The position numbers and the translations under genes were made by a program. Below, one piece after another: positions 55,790-64,000 of a stretch of 64,000 nt of DNA. Below the pieces are notes generated by a model that searched no databases, was not told the DNA's origin, and saw only the letters and a list, made by a program, of their open reading frames with translations. Numbering within the stretch: the first letter of the stretch is position 1; each line of letters opens with the position of its first letter. Origin of the DNA: Dudresnaya verticillata (lineage: Eukaryota); NCBI GenBank assembly GCA_977862235.1, contig OZ374561.1, positions 1,054,001 to 1,118,000 on the forward strand, written 5' to 3'.

Positions 55790-56890
55790 GGTCCGCGTCG
55801 ACGCGTTTTCAACAGCTGCGCCTTCGACCGCGCGGCTGCGTGCGAGCTATGCTCGCTGTAGCAGGTGGTGGGGCTTCGACGCCCCACCTCATCATGGGTG
55901 CTATTGTGCCTGACCCGCGTCGAAGCGGGTGGCGGTCCGCAGTGCTGGCGTCGACGCCACACAGGGGGCTGCCAGCGCGCGCAACGCCGCGTCGATGCGG
56001 AGCGTCAGCGCGGAGCGGGTGCCCCTAGTGGCGTCGCGGCTTTGCGCCGGAGGTGACCGCGTCGAAGGGGTCCTCTCCGCCGGGAGTAGCCACGAGCGTG
56101 GCGGCGGCTTGGGCAGCCAACCCCAGGCCAGGGGCGTCGATGCCCCTGGATGAGTGGGCAGAGGCCCGGGGGTGTTGGACCCCATTGGGCGTTCCCAATT
56201 ATTTGTGTTTTGGCTACAGTAGACACTGTAGCCTGAACACAAATCTGCGCCTCTGCGCTTGTGGGGCGCACGCGTCCCAAATATGGGTAAGGGCGCGCCT
56301 GTATTTGGCAGGGGCCGGTCGTCTGCCGCGGTGCCCTCGGCCTTCCCATCGTCGCGGTGGTTGTGCCGCTCACGCGTCGAAGCGCAGCGGTGCAACTCGA
56401 AGGACGCCGGCCTTCTTGGCTCTGGTGCCCCACATCGACGTGGGGGCTGTGCGCGTTGGCACCCCGCCCGGCTAGGCGCCAGGGCGGTGGGTGTTGGCCG
56501 AATATTACGCGCGACCGCGCCGCGGCGTTGGTGAAGGGGGCGTCGACGCCTGCCCTCCGCCATCTGCGTGCAGCTGCCACTTGACGCCGACGTCGGTGGC
56601 GCTTCGGCTTGGATGGCTCAGTGGCTTCTCCAGCCTGGTCGCGTCGAGCTTCGACGCTCGTTTCGCGTGCGCATATGGCGAGGGCCCTCCTTCCGAGTCG
56701 ACTCGGCGTGCGCGTGCCCTCGTTTTTGCCTGGGCTTCTGCCGCGTGGCGGTGGAGAAGAGGGCGTCGACGCCTGCCCTTCGCCACCTGTGCGCGGCTTC
56801 GCGGCGGCGTTGGTCAGACAACCCCCGACGGTGCGGGTTATATTCCGCGTAGCGGGACTTCGCTACTGACGGGCGTCGAGCCGGTAGTAG
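55790..56890. repeat. Array of GCGTCGA(C/A/T)GC dyad motifs in element A 3' region
   Basis: About 12 copies, e.g. 55795, 55917, 55947, 55989, 56134, 56374, 56540, 56763. Confidence 0.75.
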
Positions 56891-57136
56891 CGAGGGGCGT
56901 CGTGCCCAGCGTTCCTGCGATGCGCAGTTCGCAGAGCACCCCTGCTCCTTGGCCTCTGCCATTGGCGCGGGGTGCTTTCAGCTTGGGCCGCCGGCTTAGG
57001 CAGCCGCAATTCATGCCCTTACCGTGGGGCTTAGGCCCCACGTGGTCCCGTCGCTGGGAAAAAGGAAAAGGATGCCTGGATGAGGTTAATAACAGGCAAA
57101 GAATGCCTGAGGCAAAGAATGCCTGGGGCCCCCTCC

Positions 57137-60100
57137 TTAAGCACGAGGCGCCCCCGCCGAGGGGGCGAGTGGAGGGGATGGGGCGTCGAGCCCAGAGCCC
57201 TTCCGACGCTTCTGCGCGCGGAAGTAGTGGCTCACCATCTCCTCCGGCAAATGGGATCGAGGTTCCCAAGTCGGCTTAGAGTAGCCGGTCCACTTGACCT
57301 GAAAGAGCATCGTGCCGTCTTCGGCCGTGCCATGGTCAAGTACCTTGTCCACCACGAACCGCGGGCCGTCGACGGCCTTGGAAGCGAGATCGTTGGCGGT
57401 GGGCAAGTACGCGCTTCGACGCGCGGTGTCTTCCCGCAGAGGCGGGGGACAGAAGACGGCTCGGTCCGCTGCGATGCGTTCGACCAAGCCGTCTCTGTCG
57501 ATAAACAACGTGCGCTCGTCGTTGAGCAGCACGCGATAAGGCCCGATGGCCGGGCTCTGCAACTTCGGTGGTTTCGTCACCCCGTCAGTTGCGTCGATGA
57601 AGACATAGTCTCCGGCCTTGATGCGGGAGTTGACCTTCCGGACCCGTCGGTCAAAGTCCTTTTTGTAACGCCTCTGCGTTTTGGCCAGGGCGGCAGAAGC
57701 CAGGCCCATAGCGGTGTCTAACCGCTTGAGGAAGTCCGTTCGGACATCCTCACTAGGTTTCGGGCGGTCGACCGCCGAGTGAAACTTAGTAAATTCCGGC
57801 GGAGTCCGTGACAGCACTAAGCTGAATGGAGTCGTCCGCGTCGAGCGGTGCACGTGACAGTTGTAGGAATACATCAACGCAGAGGCGTATCGATCCCAAT
57901 CGTTTTGGTGATCGTTGACGTAATTCCGCAACATGGCCATGACGGTCCGGTTGTAGCGTTCAGCCTGCCCATTCGACTGGGGGTGATACGCGGAGGTGAA
58001 CACGTTGTTCAAACCCAAATACCGGCAGACGACTTGGAAGAACTTCGATGTGAACTGCTTTCCGTTATCGGAAAGCAAGGACCTAGGCGGCCCGTAGTGG
58101 AAGACCCACTGTTCACAGAAGACAACTGCGACGTTGTAGGCCGTAATGGTGCGCAGAGGCGCGACTTGCGTCAGCTTAGTAAAGCGGTCCGTCATGACGA
58201 CGAGGAATTTGCGACCAGACTTGGTCTTGGGCAAGGGGCCCTGTATGTCGATAGCGACGGATTCCAGCGGCCTGGTGGCCGGGAACAGCTTCAGTCTATG
58301 AAGGTGTCTGCGCAGTCGAATGCGGTTATGGGCACAGTGCCTGCAGTTTCTTACTGTCATGGCGATGCTGGCCGCCATATGCGGCCAGTAGTAGGTCTCA
58401 CGCAGGGAATAGAACATCTTGTTCTGCCCTGGGTGGCCCGCGAGGAGGGAGTGGTGCGCGAGCGTGAGCAGCCGAGGCTGTAACGACTCGGGCACCACTA
58501 TCTGGTCTAGCGAAGCTATGACCGGATGATGGCGGCATAGAAGCCCATCCCCGTCCTCGTAAAAATGGCTATCCCGTCGACGGGACTGCCTGGCCAGTAC
58601 GGTCTGGCAGAAGGAGTCGTGCCGCTGCGCGTCCACAAATTCCTCGACGGAAATAGGTGAAGGGAGCTTCACTGGCTCCACGGACGTCAATTCCGATGGC
58701 TCGTCTCCCGCGTCGACGCGGAGGAGATCGAAGAGGTCGACGTCGTCGGTGTCGTCCCACGCCGCTTCGTCGGCCAAGTCCGGGGGTTCGTCTGCCGCGA
58801 CCGTCGTGGGCGCGGTGCCGGTGATGCTTCCCCGGACTGGCTTCGGGACGGGCTGCGCTGGGGCCGAACGCGTAGATGCGTTGGCCCGCGAGCGTGTGGT
58901 TACCAAGACGGGAGCCGCGGGTTCTGTACCCGAACGTGCCACCGGCGTCTCAGCCGAGGACTCCCCTTGCTGGCGGTCGATCGCCGGGGGGTCAAAGGTA
59001 GGGACGTCGTCGTCAACCTCCTCCTGTTTCCGCTGGGGTCGAACCAAGCGGGACAGGGCATCCGGGACTTGGTGAACCCGCCCGGGGCGGTACTCGATCT
59101 GGAAGTCGAATTCCGCGAGCCGCAGGCGCCACCGGGTCAGTGGACCCGAAGAGTCGGTCAGCGACATCAGCCATCGAAGCGCATCGTGATCGGTTCGAAC
59201 CGTGAATCGCGTGCCTTCGATGTATGGCCGCAGGGTTGTGATCGACCACACCACTGCGAAGCACTCACGCTCAGTGGCGGAGTAATTGCGCTCCGCCGAG
59301 TTGAGCGAGTAGGACCAGTACCCGACTGGGTGTAGCTGGCCGTCCTCCTGCTCCTGCAGTAGGGCGCATCCGAGCTGATAAGCCGATGCGTCCGTATCGA
59401 GGACGTAGGGTCTACCCGTCTTGGGGAGCCGTAGGATAGGGGGCGATATGAGCTTCGCTCTGAGCGTCTCATATGCCTCGAGCGCGTCGGCGCTTGGATT
59501 GTCGAAATCCAAATCCGCGTCTTTGCGGGTCATGTCCGTCAGAGGACGCGCGATCTTCGCGAAGTTGCGCACGAAGCGGCGATAGACATTGCACGCGCCG
59601 AGGAACGACCTCACCTTAGTCAGGGAGGTCGGGAACTGCGCATGGCGGAAAGCGTCGCTGCTCGTCTGCGCCATGCGTAGCTTCCCCGGTTCGATGACGT
59701 GGCCGAGATAGCCAACGCGTGACTGAAAGAAGTGGCACTTCTTCAGTTTCAGGGATACTCCTCCCTTGTGCAACAGAGTCAGCACTTGGTCTAGATGACC
59801 AACGTGCTCCGCGATCGACCGCGAGAAAATGATCACATCGTCTAGATAGATCAGGCAGCACTGCCATCGGACTCCGCTGAGGATGATGTCCAGTGCGCGC
59901 TGGAAAGTCGCGGGGGCGTTCTTCAGCCCGAAGGGCATTCGCAAGTAGCGAAACGTCCCTAAGAACGAAGGGAACGTGGTCTTATCCCTGTCAGCCTCTG
60001 TGACAGGGATTTGCCAGTACCCCGCGTTGCAGTCCAACGTCGAGAAGACGGCTGCGTCGCCTAGACTGTCGATGCAGTCGTCCATCCTCGATAGAGGGTA

Positions 60101-61767
60101 CGCATCACTTAGTGTTTTCGTGTTGAGACGTCGATAGTCCACGCAAAACCTAATTGTGCCGTCCTTCTTGGGCGCCAGGACGACTGGCGATGCCCATTAC
60201 GAGGTGGCGGGTTCGATAACCCCTGCACGAAGCATGTTATCCACCTCGTCCTGCACCAGCTTGCGCATGGCAGGGCCCTGTCGGTAGGGCATGGAGCGGA
60301 TGGGGCGAGTGCCCCGTTCCACGTCGATGTGGTGTCGGGTGGCGGCAATAGTGCCCAGCCTCCCGTCCCACATGGACTGATGCTTCCTGAGCATGGAGAG
60401 GACCTCCGTGCGGGTCACCTCGTCTTCGATAGACGAGAGATCGACCTGCGCCTCCCAGTCCTCGACGGACGGGTTGGCCTTCGCTGCGGCGGTAGCTGCG
60501 CCCTGCAGCGGCTGGGCGTCGGTGCCCTTCGCCGTCGACGGCGAGGTGGATGGTTCCACGGCACCCTGATTGACCGGGGGCCTCTGCCCCCGTGGTGGTA
60601 GGGTGGTGATGTTCATCACCCGCCCATACTCCTCCGCGACTTTGCGGTCTGGAGTTATCAGTGCCACCGGGTTCCTAACCGCGTAGCCGACAACGGTACC
60701 CTTAAGCAGGGTCCGAGGCTTGTCGGTGAAGTTCCCGACGATGGCCCCGAAAGGTCGCATCGACTCGACGTCGTGCACCCCGTTGGTAAGTCTCACGCCG
60801 TGGCGGAACTGCAATGAGGGTTTGGGTTCGGTGTGGATCAGCCCACTTGCTCCTGACGTCACGGAGACGAGCCTTTGGGAATAGGCTGGGAGCACCATCT
60901 GCCTAGAGAGGCGGATGGTGTGGTTGTCGTGATCCCAGTCGAGGAGCTCCCTCTGGTGCTTCCTCGACAAACCCGTCGACGGGTTCTTTGGCTTCGATGC
61001 AGGCTTGCGGTCCTCGGCAGGTCTACTGCGCTTGAGGGGGACACCGAGCCCCCACGTCGGAGCGATAGGCGTTTCGACTCGACGTCGATGCCTCGCACGT
61101 GCGCATTGAGGAACTGCGTTCCTACCAGGACGTCGACGGCCAAGGTGTCTGCCACTATGAATGGCACGCGGAACGTCGTGTTCCCCAACCTCATCGAGAG
61201 GTGCGCCACCCCTGATAGGCTCAGTGGGGTCTTATCAGCCCCGGCGAGGCGAGGAGTCGACTCCATCGCCGCCGCATGCTGATCCCATCCGGGCGGCAGC
61301 GCCCGCTTCGCGACGAGGTTGTACCCGGAGCCGGTGTCCACCGCAATGGTGTGGGGTATCATTACCCCTGGGTCAGCGCCGAGCGACCCAGACACGCGGT
61401 ATATCTCCGAGGACAAGAGGCACACATACCCGTCGGGGGTAGTGGCCGGCTCCGCGTCGACGCAGTGAGCCATGGCACCTTCGCGTCGAGCGGAGGGTGC
61501 CTCAGGATCCGTCGACGGACCCCTATGCGCTCGGCGTCGTGCCTGTCGCTTGCGTCGACGCCGCGGGGGCCAAGGTGGCCTGGAGCGCGTGGCTTTCGAC
61601 GGCTCGTCGCAAAGCGGCCCCTCAGCGCTGCTGGGCGAGGGGGTCCTTCGTGGGTTGGGACTCGACGTACTGCCTGCCGTCGACGGCTTGGCGGAGGATG
61701 GTGGGTCTGGGGTAGAGAGAGACGGTGCGCGCGACCGCACGAACGGCGCCGCCTTTACTCTTTTTCC
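57137..61767 (-). pseudogene. pol: Pol of element A: PR-RT-RNaseH-INT-chromodomain (frameshift near 60950-61000, TAA at 60197-60199)
   Basis: VDTGSGYN, YLDD, DTDASAYQLG, HHCC, DNGKQF, IGPYRV, FVVDKVLDH...VKWTGY..PTWEP. Confidence 0.95.
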
Positions 61768-64000
61768 GGTTCGACCCGGTCAACATTATTTTCGGAATCC
61801 GAGCTATCTTCCTCGGATCCCATTGGCTGGCTAGGGGCCGGGCCGGCGCCTCGCGTCGATCGCGGCGGCGTGTCAAAAAGGAGCGGGGGCTGCTCGACCT
61901 GCCCCCGGGCGGACTCGCCCTTGCTCTGCGCATCGAGCGCTCGCGGGAGCCACTCGTCGGCTGCTAGCCCGGTGTGCTCCTGCACGGTCATCACTGCCCG
62001 AAGCAGTTCACGCTGCGGGTCGGGCCTCGAGGGCGTCGACGCCCGAGGTTGGCGACCGGCTTGGTCGTCAAACCCGACCCGCTTGTCGCGAGTGAGGAAC
62101 CGCGGGACGTCTGCCGTTCGGTATTCGCGGCGCGGATCTCGACGATCCCCGCGGTACTGTCGTGGCTCCCCGCGATACCTTTGCGCGTCGAAGCGCTGCG
62201 GGGGACCCCTATCGTCGAAGCGTCGGGCCCCACCCCGCTGCGCGTCGAAGCGTCTTGCGGGGTAACTTGCCTTGGCGCCTGCCGGCATGCGCTCGTCGAT
62301 GAGCTGCTGCAAGTTGTTGCGCGCGTGCGGCTGCGTCTCCAGTCTATGGTTGCAGTTCGCATACGCGCAGTACAACTGCTGTTCCTTAGTAAGGAATGGG
62401 CACGAGTACATGATGTGCCCAAGTTCTCGGCAGAACCAGCAGATGTACCACCCCTGTCGATCAGGGGTGACAGCGCGGGCCATGCCCTCTTGCGCCGGTG
62501 TGAGCGGAGGGATCCTCCTCGGCAGGATGGCATCGATGCGTCCTGCGATGTCGAGGGTCTCCTCGGCTTGCGCCGCCCCGGCTGTCGACAGCGCGGGCAC
62601 GACCATGACGGGTTCGAAACCATCGTCATCGGGCGCCACCAACATCGTGCCGTCGAAGGCCGCTTCCCTATCGGGTGTGTGTGGCGCCTCGATAAGCAGC
62701 GTGCGGCCGCTTGGCGAACTGCTTCCCCTACCGCGCCCCGAAACGATGGCCGGCGTCGACGTCTTGGCCATGCGGGCGCGGTAGGTTGTGCCCTCACTGT
62801 GGGCGATCCGACGAACGGTACTGAAGTTGGTCTGCTCGAGCATCGGCATCTGCCTTACCTTCTCCGCTACTGCGGGTCGGGTGGTCGGAAGCAGACCACG
62901 CAGGAACTGGTGCGTCAGGTTCTCGTCGGAGTAGACGCCGGCACAGTCATTTGCGTAGCCCTCTAGACGAGAGGCGAACTCGAGTTCTGACTCGGTGTCC
63001 CGCTGCCGGGCGGTGGTCAGTCGGTCGTGCACGTCGGCGATCACGTCGTCGGTGACGAACCTCTCGACGAGGGTATTGACTACCGAGGCCCAGCACGGGG
63101 GGGTGCCGCGACTAGTCGTCCGGACCCCCGAGAAAAGGTGACTCGAATACACCTGGGATGCCGTTCCATCTAGGAACCAGGACACCACTCGCGCCGCTGC
63201 GCCTTCCGACAGGCCGACGCCGTTGAAGGCTTGGCGTAGCTGTCTAAGCACGCCAAGCAAGCGGATGGGCTCCTTGCCGTCGTAGCGATCTAGCCGCGGC
63301 ATGAGAGCCTTCATCCGGCTGACAATCTTGGTGGTGTTGCCATTGCAGAATTGCTGCTGATTGTCCCGCTGCCTTATGTCGTCTAGACGATAGGAGCGGT
63401 AGTCGATCGCCTTCGCGAATTCGGGGACCAAGGTGCTCAGCGGCTCGACGCCCGGCATCAATGGCCCCCAGTGCCAGTAGGCCGACACGGGACCTTCGTG
63501 TGGTGAGGGGCTAGACGCCCCTCCAACTCCGCGCCCGTCGAGGGCGCGTTGTAGTAGCTTGGGGTCGACCACGTAGAAGGGTTCGTCATCTCTTGTAGGG
63601 CGAGGGGACCCTTGCCCACTCCTAGGCGGAGAGGCCGGTGGAGAAAAAGGGTTTCGCTGAGCACGACGCTCAGCGAGGAGGGCCTTGGCCAGTTCGCGAA
63701 CCGGATCCGCTTGAGACGGCGATCGCGGAGGACGGCTCCGCACCGGCGACGGGCTAGGCGCCCGTCGGTCATACCGCGCCGGTGCGTGCTCAATCAACTC
63801 AACGCGTTGGCGTAGCTCGTCGAGGAGCCCTTGGGTTCGGGTTAATCCTTCCTCGACGGAGGCGAGAGTTCCGCGTCGAAGCGACTCCAGGTCACGTTGA
63901 CCTTGTGCCCGCGCGTCTGCGGCTGAGGCCATGAAGGTGTCGTACACTTCCGAAAATGAGTCCATCGTCCCCTCGTAGAGTAGTTGGAGGTCGGTCGCAG
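61755..64000 (-). CDS. gag: Gag of element A (open to the window edge; about 806 aa with the start seen at 621)
   Basis: IDYRSYRL, YDGKEPIRLLGVL, Zn knuckle CWFCRELGHIMYSC. Confidence 0.93.
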   Translation of the reverse strand, partial: ATDLQLLYEGTMDSFSEVYDTFMASAADARAQGQRDLESLRRGTLASVEEGLTRTQGLLDELRQRVELIEHAPARYDRRAPSPSPVRSRPPRSPSQADPVRELAKALLAERRAQRNPFSPPASPPRSGQGSPRPTRDDEPFYVVDPKLLQRALDGRGVGGASSPSPHEGPVSAYWHWGPLMPGVEPLSTLVPEFAKAIDYRSYRLDDIRQRDNQQQFCNGNTTKIVSRMKALMPRLDRYDGKEPIRLLGVLRQLRQAFNGVGLSEGAAARVVSWFLDGTASQVYSSHLFSGVRTTSRGTPPCWASVVNTLVERFVTDDVIADVHDRLTTARQRDTESELEFASRLEGYANDCAGVYSDENLTHQFLRGLLPTTRPAVAEKVRQMPMLEQTNFSTVRRIAHSEGTTYRARMAKTSTPAIVSGRGRGSSSPSGRTLLIEAPHTPDREAAFDGTMLVAPDDDGFEPVMVVPALSTAGAAQAEETLDIAGRIDAILPRRIPPLTPAQEGMARAVTPDRQGWYICWFCRELGHIMYSCPFLTKEQQLYCAYANCNHRLETQPHARNNLQQLIDERMPAGAKASYPARRFDAQRGGARRFDDRGPPQRFDAQRYRGEPRQYRGDRRDPRREYRTADVPRFLTRDKRVGFDDQAGRQPRASTPSRPDPQRELLRAVMTVQEHTGLAADEWLPRALDAQSKGESARGQVEQPPLLFDTPPRSTRGAGPAPSQPMGSEEDSSDSENNVDRVEPEKE

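Larger units (their letters stand above)
51710..64000 (-). mobile_element. Ty3/gypsy chromodomain element A (3' LTR to gag); runs off the right edge
   Basis: 3' LTR 51710-52545, PPT 52549-52557, pol, gag; left flank CATGG (51705-51709). Confidence 0.96.

Noticed and set aside
54800..62966. Long alternative-frame ORFs in element A (54800-55699, 56491-57279, 61276-62265, 61974-62966)
   Set aside because: Stop-poor GC-rich shadows of the real ORFs, with no motifs

Overview
Eukaryotic nuclear DNA made mostly of nested transposons; the intronless genes and element types suggest a red alga (inference only). Reconstruction from LTRs and target-site duplications (TSDs): (i) a tyrosine-recombinase (DIRS/PAT-like) retrotransposon, 11876-47403, is split in gag by chromodomain Ty3/gypsy element B (12865-44062). 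B holds three solo LTRs, a doubly deleted element C and a young near-intact element E (30115-43040). (ii) A Helentron-type Helitron pseudogene is split by gypsy element A. Its two halves, with matching CATGG TSD and continuous reading frame, lie at opposite ends of the window, and bases 1-446 equal 63555-64000, so the locus recurs at a 63,554-bp offset. (iii) Two likely host genes: a secreted GCC2/GCC3 Cys-repeat protein and a small secreted C-C-CC-C-C (knottin-like) peptide. Best novelty candidate: A, B and E each carry a long antisense ORF between pol and the 3' LTR. The B and E proteins are clearly homologous, A more distantly, and they match no domain I recognise. Each family also has its own repeated palindromic DNA motif, which suggests a possible family-specific trans-factor/cis-site (anti-silencing-like) system. 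All alignments and counts were done by eye; no database searches were run.
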